This document shows, in pieces, positions 26,796 through 36,892 of a stretch of DNA of 62,166 nucleotides. Every line of letters starts with the position of its first letter. Within the stretch, counting starts at the first letter, position 1. Below the pieces are notes generated by a model, which had not been told where the DNA came from, did not search any database, and saw only the letters and a list, made by a program, of their open reading frames with translations. A program made the translations under genes and the position numbers. This DNA is from Coniocarpon cinnabarinum (taxonomy: Eukaryota). Location of the stretch: the NCBI GenBank assembly GCA_051942205.1, contig JAVECO010000053.1:62001-124166 (forward strand). Reading direction: 5' to 3'.

Positions 26796-28929
26796 ATGGA
26801 GAACGGCAAGACTCCCATGGAGGCAGCTAGAGACGCCGCCTTATGGAGACATGCCCAGTGGAAACAAAACCCCCAGCTCATAAACGAGGACAATGCGTCT
26901 GATCATGACGATGGTGGCGTCAACACTGAATCGAATTCAGACTCAAGTCATGCACGGAACTCCTATCGTTTCGGATCCATTGTCTCAGACCGGATTGAGA
27001 CTGGTCTCTACATCGCCTTGAACGACGAAGCAATAGCATTGACCTATCAGAACCAGCCAAATGAGCTGTCTGCGCATGTGTCTCATGCCGGCCACCGTCA
27101 AGACCTAGCACCAATCGGCACTGGTCGTGAAGAAGACAATGCTTCTCATAAGCCGAATGAAACATGGTGAGCATCATCATGTTATCCTCGCTATGAAATG
27201 CAATTTGGTCTGACATCCTGAAGCGCGAATTGTGGTGATCCTCTCCTCGTACCAAAGCACAGCGACCCAAATGACAAAAGTCAGGAATGGGCCGCTTGCA
27301 ATGGGAGCAAGACACATTATTTCTGCAGAGAGGATATCAATGCATATATACAGAACCTGTAAGAGCATCGAACCTTGCCGAATAACAAGTTGATGGCTTC
27401 ACGCTAACCTTGCCTGTCATTTCGTAGTATCGGTGATATGAAAGGAAAAGCGAAATGCTTTGGAGACATCGATTGCGACGGCTACATTCTTCCTCAACAC
27501 CTCGAACGTTGTTGTGACGAGAAGGCTCTGGAAGGATTCCACAGGCTCGGCATTTCTGAGGCATCGAGGCAAGATAATGGCCAGGATGACCTTATCAATT
27601 GCCCGCACTGCAACACGAACTTCTTTCACAACCCGACCGAGAACCATATCCGCACTCTGTTTTGTCCGAGATGTGAGCAGGAGTCGTGCATCCAATGCAA
27701 AAGACGGCCGCATGAAGACACATGCGAGGAGGCGAGGCGAAATGCCGGGGACTTCACACCAGAAGAAGCCATTGGAGAGGCTGTCAGTCACGAAGTGTCT
27801 AATGAGTGCCCTAACTGTCACCAGCATGGTGCCAAGGTGGAAGGATGCAATTTGATGTCCTGTCTTTGTGGGGAGAAGTATTGTAACATCTGCGGAGAAG
27901 GCAACATCAGTCACGATCGTGAGTACAGGACCAGAGGGCTTTGGATACAGCCTTGTTCTACAGATCGAACGTTGACCGATGTCATTAGATTTCAATGATC
28001 CCCCAAAATACTGCCATTTGTGGGCGTCGAAGCCTCTTGATGTCGGCAAAGTGTATGCTGAAGCCAAGCGCCGGCTTGGTGATGATCGAGTAAGAGATAT
28101 TGGTGAAGAGAAATTTAGGAAGGACGTCGAGAAGGCCGTACATGAAGCAGACCAACATGGCGCGCAGCTGAACTATGAGGCGCTCGAGCGTCTAAATCTT
28201 GAGCCGCACGACCATGGAGAGCCCCTCTATGAACAGCCAGAAGATCAGATCGATGTACAGGCGCTCGAGCGTCTGAACCTAGAGCCTTACGACTACGGAG
28301 AGCCATTCTATGAACAGCCAGCAGCTCGGAACGCTGGGTGGGCGCGTCCGCAAGCCGATGTTTACCCACGGCGAGAACGACAACTTGAGCTGCGAACACC
28401 AGTCAATATTACTGAGCGTGCGCGCTTGCCTCGCCGGGCTCGTCTGGCGCGTTTCATATTCGGAGAACATCGAACTCAATATCCAGTGAGACGTCAGCGT
28501 TCCGCAAGCGAGCGGGGTCAACGGAATCAGCGAGCGATGGAGTCCAGGCGTGACCGACTGCAAAGAGATCTCGAAATCATGATGGCACGTCGCAACGCTC
28601 GTACACAGGCAAGGCTTAACGGCATGAACGAGCCCGAGCGAGCTCGTCGCAATCGACCACTGAATGATTTCCGTCGTCGACGTAATGACTATAGAAGAGA
28701 GAACGACGATCGTCACAGAAGAGACGATGAAATACTCCCGCCCGGTTACACAGCCGCCTACCCTTCAGAACACGATTACGAGCACGCGCAACGATCCATC
28801 GAAGAGCGGCGAGCAGCAGCAGAGCGTCGGCAGGTGCGGGCTGCGGTCGCGGAACTTTGTCGACGGGTAGATCAGCAATTCGCAGAGCAGCGGCGACGAC
28901 GGTCTTCGTTTTCCTCGTCTTCCTCATGA
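26796..28929 (+). CDS. RBR (RING1-IBR-RING2) E3 ubiquitin ligase, RNF216/TRIAD3-like; 5' end uncertain
   Basis: Introns 27167-27223, 27359-27427 and 27919-27988 assemble RING1 (CANC..C..HYFCRED..CFGDIDC), IBR (CPHC..CPRC..CIQC..H..C) and RING2 (CPNC...K.EGCNLMSC.C...CNIC..HF..C.LW), followed by an Arg-rich tail. Confidence 0.85.
28178..28321 (+). repeat. 81-bp (27-aa) in-frame tandem duplication inside RBR gene
   Basis: ALERLNLEPHDHGEPLYEQP vs ALERLNLEPYDYGEPFYEQP; copies start at 28178 and 28259. Confidence 0.9.
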
Positions 28930-29534
28930 TCTGAGACATTTGCTCAAAGTTTCCAACAGGATTTCGAAAGGGAGCTAAAGTTAAATGGCTTTGGTAGTTC
29001 GCAAGACCTCGAGAGAGGACAAAGAGCCGCTGAAGGTGTTTGATTACACCCTAGTAAATACGGCTCGAACAAGAAAAGAGGCTGCAGCGCAGAAGGGCTT
29101 GAGAAAGCTGCGAGCCAAGCGCCATTCGAGACAGAACATCACTTTGATTGATCTTGGATGGAAGCAACAATTCTGTATTCTAGGTACCACCTCATTCACC
29201 TAGCTCACATACCCGAATGACTCTTCAAGATGTGACAACTCTCATTCTGGCGATCTTTTTCCGCAAGACCTCGAAGCGATGAAGTACTAGCAAGTCGTGC
29301 TGCTGAGCTGGAGCCTCGTTGATGTGCTGCTTAGTGATGACTGAGTCGTCCAATCAATGTATGTGAAAGGAAGTGTCTTGCGTCGTGCCTAGTCTGGGCT
29401 GCGCGCAGGGCGACGCGAGTCATTCGCATACGAACACGCCAAGACAAAGTAAACAACTTCGACACAACTGGCTGTTCAAAGTTCTTCGCGATACCGCTTC
29501 CTCCCTCGAAATTGGTCCGTCAGCGCGTTTGGCC

Positions 29535-30302
29535 ATGCCCACATCAGCTCTCCCGGCGGCCAGTACCGCCTTCGCCCTGCACGCGCCCAAACTGCCCCCC
29601 AACAGCACCACAACCACCGACCTCGACGCCTCAGCACCCCGTCGCATAGCTCTTCAATCGCCTCAAGACCTGCTTCATCTTCGCGCTATCGCCCTCCGCA
29701 ACGCCCGCGAAAAGATCGATCTACATCTCCCTCCCAATGCCTCAGCGAATAACCCCACCACCAACACTGACGACGATCTCAGAAAACAGGTCGAAGCTTA
29801 TGTCCAGGCATTTATTGATCAAACGTTTGTGGGTGTCAGGGATAATGTTGAGATTAACGCAATACCTGGAGCGGAGGCGGTGGAGTTTCAGGGACCCAAT
29901 GGTGGGGTCACGGAGCAAGAAGAGTTTGAGGAGTTCGATGGCAAGTTAGCGCGGCGAATCACGGAACTGCATGGGCGAATTGAGAAGTTGAATGCGGAAG
30001 TGGCAGAGACGCGACGGGAGACTGTGGGACGCGCGGCAGGGGAATGGCGAGAAGGATACAAGAATTGGGACGAGGAGTTGACGCAGCGGGAGGAGCAGGC
30101 ACTGCGCGATCAAGCTGAACAAGAGCCGGTGGAAGAAAACACTTGGGTTGAGGGCTTCGAGGACATGGAAGCGGCGCGCAGCACGTGGGATCGTGCTTTG
30201 GAGAGCTTGATGAAGCTGAATGGGGAGGAAGGGTTGAGTGCCGCCGGCAAGAGGGCAGGTGATGCAGTGGATGTGGTGAGAGCCATGGAGGAACGGGGCT
30301 GA
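29535..30302 (+). CDS. mis14: Kinetochore protein Mis14/Nsl1 family
   Basis: RRIALQSPQDL..L....AREKIDLHLPP, DDLRKQVE..V..FI, EEFEEFD..L..RI..L, followed by coiled coil. Confidence 0.85.
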   Translation: MPTSALPAASTAFALHAPKLPPNSTTTTDLDASAPRRIALQSPQDLLHLRAIALRNAREKIDLHLPPNASANNPTTNTDDDLRKQVEAYVQAFIDQTFVGVRDNVEINAIPGAEAVEFQGPNGGVTEQEEFEEFDGKLARRITELHGRIEKLNAEVAETRRETVGRAAGEWREGYKNWDEELTQREEQALRDQAEQEPVEENTWVEGFEDMEAARSTWDRALESLMKLNGEEGLSAAGKRAGDAVDVVRAMEERG

Positions 30303-30755
30303 GAATCGTGCAAGCGCGATATATGATGACGCTTCTTGCGGGAGAATCGCAGGAATTGCTTGAGGACGAGGGCCGACCCGACGCTTTACGTCGACCCGAA
30401 CAGCAAGAGACCGAACTTGCAAGAAAGATGGTCTTGTGGCCGCATTTATGAAGTCGAGAAACAGCTAACGACTACAGCTTCAGTCATGGCTTTGCTCTGC
30501 TGCCCTCGCGATCACCAATAGCAGCGTTATCACTTGCTACAGCCTAATACAAAATCGAGTCGTTACACTCAACATTGCCCGAGCTCGACGACCGTTTAAT
30601 GTTTTCCAAGAGCCAATAAGTCGGCAAGCAAAATGTCAAATTTAGCTGTCCCTTGCCTTCACTAACACGAAATTCCGGGATTGCCATCTGTTGCTTATGC
30701 AACGTCCTCACTACTTCTGGCAGTGGCCTCTGGTTTGAAAGACGTGCCACAGCAA

Positions 30756-31712
30756 TCATCTGTCGATGGTGCCTTGCATGATCCTTACAGCGTCTCCACT
30801 CAAGGTCATGGATGATATACAGGATACGCCTTGAGTCCCATTGACTGTCACGGAGACACTTGGCAACCCTACGCGGCCCATATGCTCACCTTGTGTGATC
30901 TGGTACTCGAATCTGCGTTTGGCTTTATCCTTCGTACTGGCTTCTATTGTCAGATATGCCGCCAGCGCACAAGCAGCACTGCCAGTCACTGGATCTTCGC
31001 CCAGTTCATGCTCAATCATTCGGGTGTGCAGCTCTACGGGACTGTCCTCATGCGACTGAGGGGCCATGTGGTAAAAATAGGTCCCTACAAAGGACGGTGA
31101 CCAATCATCGTCTAATTTGATGGAAGGCTTATGCCTCAGGGGGCGCACTTGGCTCAAAGCATCCATGCTTTTGACCGGGACCAGCACGTATGTCATACCC
31201 TTGGTGATTGAGAAAACAGCAAGATTCCCGTGTTGGCTATCTGCTACACCAAGCTGGGACGGATATACTTGACTGAGCGTGGCGCGTGTCTCATGCAAAT
31301 GGACGTTAAAAGGCACAGATATCTGTGCGTGTGCAAGAGCTCTACTTCCGGCAGACTTAGACCGCTCGATGGAAGTTTCAATACGGCCAGCCTTGGTGAT
31401 AAAGTCAACGGGGATATCCTCATTGCTTCTCATTGAAAGAGCGCAGGCAGCTCCAACTACTGGATGACCAGCGAAAGGAAGCTCTTCAAAAGGAGTCATG
31501 ATGGTCAACGGCAAGGCTCTTGGAGTAGCGTCGCCAGAGTCCGTTCGTTGATCAGCGCCAACGAAGACTGTCTCGGAGAGGTTAAACTCCTTGGCTATGG
31601 CCTGCTTCTCAGCTTGTGAGATTGGCGTAGGTGCTGTATCTTCGAACACAACAGCGAGCGGGTTGCCTTTGAACTTCTCACGTGTGAAGACGTCAACGAT
31701 GACATAGTCCAT
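30756..31712 (-). CDS. PhzF/PhzC-like (DAP epimerase fold) protein
   Basis: VDVFT..KFKGNPLAVV, IAKEFNLSETVF, TP.EELPFAGHP, EDPVTGSA, QGEHMGR. Confidence 0.93.
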   Translation of the reverse strand: MDYVIVDVFTREKFKGNPLAVVFEDTAPTPISQAEKQAIAKEFNLSETVFVGADQRTDSGDATPRALPLTIMTPFEELPFAGHPVVGAACALSMRSNEDIPVDFITKAGRIETSIERSKSAGSRALAHAQISVPFNVHLHETRATLSQVYPSQLGVADSQHGNLAVFSITKGMTYVLVPVKSMDALSQVRPLRHKPSIKLDDDWSPSFVGTYFYHMAPQSHEDSPVELHTRMIEHELGEDPVTGSAACALAAYLTIEASTKDKAKRRFEYQITQGEHMGRVGLPSVSVTVNGTQGVSCISSMTLSGDAVRIMQGTIDR

Positions 31713-31887
31713 GGCTTTCTTTTGATCGCCACCTCTCAAAAATCACTTGTATCTTTCGATCCCATTTCCAATTCTGGAATCAAGCTGGAACAAGGTGATA
31801 TGAAGTTTTGCTCTTTTCTATTTCTTCTTGATGCCAATAGATGATGAGGCAACGACCCATAACGCCTGATCTTGGAGCGACTCACTG

Positions 31888-31897
31888 ATCACGTGAT
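31888..31897. promoter_or_regulatory. E-box palindrome ATCACGTGAT (Cbf1/bHLH-type site) in divergent promoter
   Basis: Perfect 10-bp palindrome in the 300-bp gap between the divergent PhzF and kinesin starts. Confidence 0.4.
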
Positions 31898-32013
31898 AAG
31901 TTTCTTGTTGCTAGGACAACACTATTTTTTCTCTTGGCGCAAAATCACAATCGCACTGCGACGTCATTGAATCAAAGGTAGTACGACAAAGACGCGATCA
32001 GCGGTCTGGAAAT

Positions 32014-34229
32014 ATGAGCGTCAGAGTTGTAGCGCGCATAAGACCCCTTTTGAAGTCAGAACGGGAGTCTGATACCATCGTTGAGCCTGTTGCTTCACCA
32101 GCATCCAAAGTAGCAAGCACCGTCCGGATACCAAATCCCAAAAATGCAGCGGAGCAGTTCAGTTTCAACTTCAATCGTGTGTATGATCAGGAAGCCACAC
32201 AGCAGGAGCTATTCGAGAACGAGGGTACGCAGCCTTTCCACAGCTGTCAGAGCACACGCTAATTGGCATTTTTTGCAGTGTTGCCCACCGTGAAGCATCT
32301 CTTTGCAGGCTATGACATTACTCTCTTTGCGTATGGCGTCACAGGAACCGGAAAGACCCACACCATGCGCGGTGGAAAATCAATAGCGGATCGCGGTGTC
32401 ATACCACGACTCCTGAGCAACATATATCGTAAAGGCCGGAAGCTTGAAAAAGACACTGGTGGAGAGAAGCGTATCGACGTCGCAATGAGCTACTATGAGA
32501 TATACAATGACAAAGTCTTCGATCTTTTCGAGCCGATAGAGAAGCGCACGCCTGCTGGGTTGCCGATTCGAGATGCAGGCGGCAAGACGGTGGTGTCGGG
32601 GCTAAGCGAGCGACCATGCTCCACTTTGAAAGAATTTGAGACCTTATATGACCAAGCGAATAACAACAGATCAACAGCAGGCACGAAGGTGTGTGGAAAG
32701 AAACGTGCATGACATCGCATGAAGCGCTGCTAACAAAACTACGTGCTCAGCTCAACGCACATTCGTCAAGATCCCACGCCATCCTCTGCGTCAAAGTAAC
32801 GCAAATCACTCCCACACATACAGTCACGTCAACTGCAAGCGCCATCGACCTAGCAGGATCTGAGGACAACAGGCGGACAGACAATAATCGAGAGCGGCTC
32901 GTGGAGTCTTCTAGCATCAATAAATCCCTGTTCACCCTCGCGCAGTGTGTCGAGGCTATCTCTAAGAAGCAATCGCGCATCCCGTATCGTGAAAGCAAAA
33001 TGACGAGGATCCTGAGTCTTGGTCAGAACAATGGTCTGACAATCATGATTCTCAACCTGAGTCCTGTTCGGTCGTTCCACCTGGACACATTGAGCACGCT
33101 TCAAGTTGCCAACCGTACCAAAAAGATCGAAGTGCGAGAAGTTGAAAACGAGCCTGTTTTTGGCGGACCCGTGAAGCAATCACAGCATCTTTCCGGCGTC
33201 AACATCAGTCGTCAACCACTTCGTTCAATACCAACAGCTGTTAACGTTGGCCTACCCATGGCTCCTGCTGCAAGAGAGAAGCCAGACAAACCAGCAAAGG
33301 CCTTCTCCGTCTACGCTGAAAAGGGACGAAGCAGCCGTGTTTCGCAGCCATATTCCACCCTTAAGCGCTCCTCAGATACCCTCAATGCTCCCCCGCGCCC
33401 TTCAAAAGCTCTCAAAACTACGATCAATCCAAATCCCAAACCCGCTCCTTGCAACAAATCTATCGAAGAAATGATTAATCGCCTTGTCGACGAGAAGTTG
33501 GCCTCGAAAGTACTTTTTGCCCCAGATAAAACGCAATCAACAATCTCAGACTCGGTGCGTGCCCGACTGGATGCACTCGAGTCGCGCGTGGGCTCGACTG
33601 AAGATGCGCAAAGTGAAGGACTGCAATTTCTTCTCATGGCAAAGCAGCACCAAGCTCACGGCGAAGACGCCAGTGCCCTGCGAATGTACCGCATGGCTTT
33701 GCCCTTCTTCCCCGACAATGCCAAGCTTGCAGACAAGATGATTGCGCTACAAGCGAAGCTCGGACACGACCAACCAGTCGAGCGAGAGAGAAGTCGTGGC
33801 AGATGTCGAATCACTAGACAATCCGTGGACGCAGAAAACCTCGAAGAAGACTTCGAAAGAGGGAACGGAGACGACGAATACCATGACATCCCCTCTGATG
33901 ACGAAACCGACGAACTCGCGCTTAAGAAGCCACGTTCGCGGCCGTCGAAGAGAAAAGCGGCTCACAAGGACTCCATGTCAGGGTTGGCACTTGATTCCGG
34001 CTCTCTTACACCACGGACGCAACGACTCCTGCATGTCATTAATTCGAGGGATATTGCGCAAATCCGCTCGTTAAAGGGTGTCGGCGCTAAGAAGGCGGAG
34101 GCGATTGTGAATGCGCTTTGTGAGATGGGAGATGAGGACTTGACCGTGGGTGGGCTTGAGAAGTTGGGACGGGGTGTAGGCGTGGGGAGTAAGGGGTTTG
34201 AGAAGATGCGGGAGGGGTGTGCTGTGTGA
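32014..34229 (+). CDS. Kinesin motor with C-terminal helix-hairpin-helix (kinesin-10/Kid-like)
   Basis: VRVVARIRP, YGVTGTGKT, SYYEIYND, NAHSSRSH, DLAGSED, IPYRESK; HhH motif LKGVGAKKAEAI. Introns 32225-32278 and 32689-32750. Confidence 0.93.
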
Positions 34230-34589
34230 TGTTGGTTGAAAGATGTCATGCTTCTGAAGGAGTATTGGGGAATTTTGTTAATGGTGTGATGCATAGCGTG
34301 GCGTTGGAATTAGTCATGTTTATAGGGCTGGATGGCTGAACTCAGGTTTAGATGAAGAGCCCACAGCCTAGGGTATTTAGGTTGTTAAAGCTAGCAGCAC
34401 AACTGCGAAGACCACTAGATGTGCAATCAAGCACCTAATCGCCATGTGCCAAGTGCTTTTTTCCCGTAGCCCTCGCAATGAGCGAAGGCTACTGGCTCTG
34501 ACTTACCGGGCTGCGCTCGAAAGCGCCCTCCATCTCAGCTACACACAACAGGTGGTTGCTCTTCGTCTTCGCTGGTTCCCTCTCGCAAC

Positions 34590-34785
34590 ACGACGACATC
34601 CTCAAGCCCTCACACAACGGCTTTCATACCCTTCGAGACAAGTTGAGTAGTCCATCGAGACTATTTCCAACGTGTTGCGCGACTCATCCCACTCTTTGAA
34701 TGCGCAATAACACAAGAAGCAGTGCAGCAGCCCCCAATGTCATCGAAGTTGCTACTCTCCCGTTCTGTGCCAGACAAGTTGATCC
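34590..34785 (-). pseudogene. Dead tandem duplicate of the last exon of the 34825-35634 gene
   Basis: About 201-bp offset. WHRTGE*QLR*HW..AFKEWDESRNTLE/SLDGLLNLSRRV* vs intact WHSPREQQLRQHW..AYREQDESRYTLEISLDGLLNLSRRV*; two nonsense codons and a 1-nt deletion. Confidence 0.8.
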
Positions 34786-34824
34786 ATGCCAAGGAGAGAC
34801 CTTCAAGCTCTTGCCAAGTAGCTG

Positions 34825-35634
34825 TCATACTCTTCGCGACAGGTTCAATAGTCCATCAAGGCTAATCTCTAACGTGTAACGAGACTCATCCTGCTCACGG
34901 TATGCGCGAGGACGGAAAAAATGGCGCAGAAATCGCCAGTGCTGTCGGAGTTGCTGCTCTCGAGGGCTGTGCCAGAAGTCGAGTGTATAGATTTTTTGGC
35001 CGTCTCGGACTTTAAAGGACCTATAGCATTCACTTGTTAATGCTGTCTGCCAAGACTACAAGAGTGCGATTGAGATTATGAAGCCGTGCGCCTGATGCCG
35101 ATCTGGGAGGACGAAACACCGTCGCTATTGGCCGCAGACGACTTACCGATACCGCGCCACGTTAGGCATCTGCCCGTTGCATTTCCGCCTCAAACTCTCC
35201 ACCTCAGCCGCTCGCCGGGCCCTCAATTGACGCTCATGCTCTTGACTCAAATCCCGCTTCCGCCGCAGTCTGTTCAGTTCCTCTTCAAATTGCGGGTCCC
35301 CCATCAGCTGCGGACACAGCTGGACGCAGGCGTGAACGAGCGTCGTGACGAACACGAAGATGGCGTCGTAGCTTTCGAGCATCTGCGGTGTGGGATCCAT
35401 GGGGCTCGTGCCGCGGTTGTAATACATCCTGTAGCCTTGTCGGACGTGAGTTTCGGCGTTGTCGGGCGCAGCTTCGAGGCGGATGCTCCCGTGGGATGCT
35501 TTGTAGTAGAAGGCGCGGCCGTGGAGGTGGAATGTGTGATGCCCACGCTCTTTGGCGCGGTCTTTGTGTGTATTGGATTGGTTGGGACTTGCTTCGAAGG
35601 GGGGATCCCAGCTGGTTGGTGAGGTTGAGGCCAT
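34825..35634 (-). CDS. Orphan hypothetical protein, ~227 aa, 2 exons
   Basis: C-ending codon bias in exon 1. Intron 35021-35146 (GTAAGT..TTAAC..TAG). Exon 2 frame supported by synonymous conservation with its duplicate. Confidence 0.7.
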
Positions 35635-36892
35635 TGTCTGAATTCCGCTTTTTACGGGTCTGGAACGATGAAGTCGACATTGTTCGTTGAACAACACGCT
35701 TCCTCTTTTCAAGTTTGCGTATTCGTCGGACGAACCTCAGGTATGACAGCATGCTGTGTCTCCATGTCCTGCACGAGCACGTGTCTCGCGTGGTCACGCA
35801 TCTTACGTGCACAAAATTAAAATCTCATATGCATCGGGGAAATGCGGAAGAGACCCCTTACAAGGGTGACGCGCCTGCATCTCTCAGATATGGAAGGCAC
35901 ATGTTGCTCACGTGGGCCTTGTGCATGCACAGCAGATCCACCAGATCCAAAATCGTCAGAATATGCACGTATATATGCCGTCTTGGGCATATACACGAGT
36001 TTCACTCTGACTGACTTCCAGCATGAAAGCAATACTATGCTGCATATAAGGACTCACCACGTAGAGAAATTAGTCCATTCCAAGATGTGGGGTTACGAGC
36101 GAGTCGCATAAGACAATCTCAAGGTGAGTGGACCTCCACAGTCGATCATTGTGTGCCTCAAGAATGAAACTTGACTGCGTTGGAGGACGTGCTAGTGCGA
36201 TATGCAATTCACTCATAGGGCGCTGCGGCACAAGGTAGAGTTGCAAAGCAGGTCAGTCATGCTTCAGACGGCATACATTAGCATTTATGCCTGGGCGAGT
36301 TGCCAGAGGAAACAAGACTGCCAATGGTGGCTCTGGCGATCATGTTGATGTCGCAAGTACTCGTTCGGTTTCAGCATGCAGCATGACCAGAAATGATTCT
36401 GCTCGACCACGTCGTCCTGACCGAGAGCACTGTCAAGTTGATATGATGGGCCAGGACGCTTAGCGAAAAATTTGGAAGCACACTTTTTGTATCGCTTTAG
36501 ATTGGCAACAGACAGAGTACCCATCATTTTCTGCAAAAAAGTCGCCACCCACGAGTGCGTCCCAATACGGTCGCAGCGGAGGTGCTGTTGCCAGTTTCAA
36601 CGTGGTGTTTGGATAGAAAGAACGCGAGGGTTGCGGATAGAATCTGTAGGTTGCAAGCCCATGACAGTGAGCCTTTACAGTCATGCGGAAGTAACGGCGA
36701 AAGCAGTCTGCGTCTCAAAAACATTGTATTGTTGTTGTTGTGATAAGTGCTGCGGCAGGCTGGAGGGTCTGACCAAGTCACGTGATTTGGCGGTACATAA
36801 AGTTACGTGGCACTGCCACCCTTTTGGACACCTTTCCGTAGCTAATGCATTGTCTCCCCTAGCACCAAGGCGTTGATTGTTGCTCGACAGCA

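Noticed and set aside
30756..31712. Intronless PhzF-like gene as horizontal transfer or phenazine cluster
   Set aside because: PhzF-like genes are widespread in fungi and no other biosynthetic genes are adjacent.
34444..34650. + strand reading of the 201-bp repeat as a gene
   Set aside because: The minus-strand frame explains the synonymous pattern better and has an intact copy.
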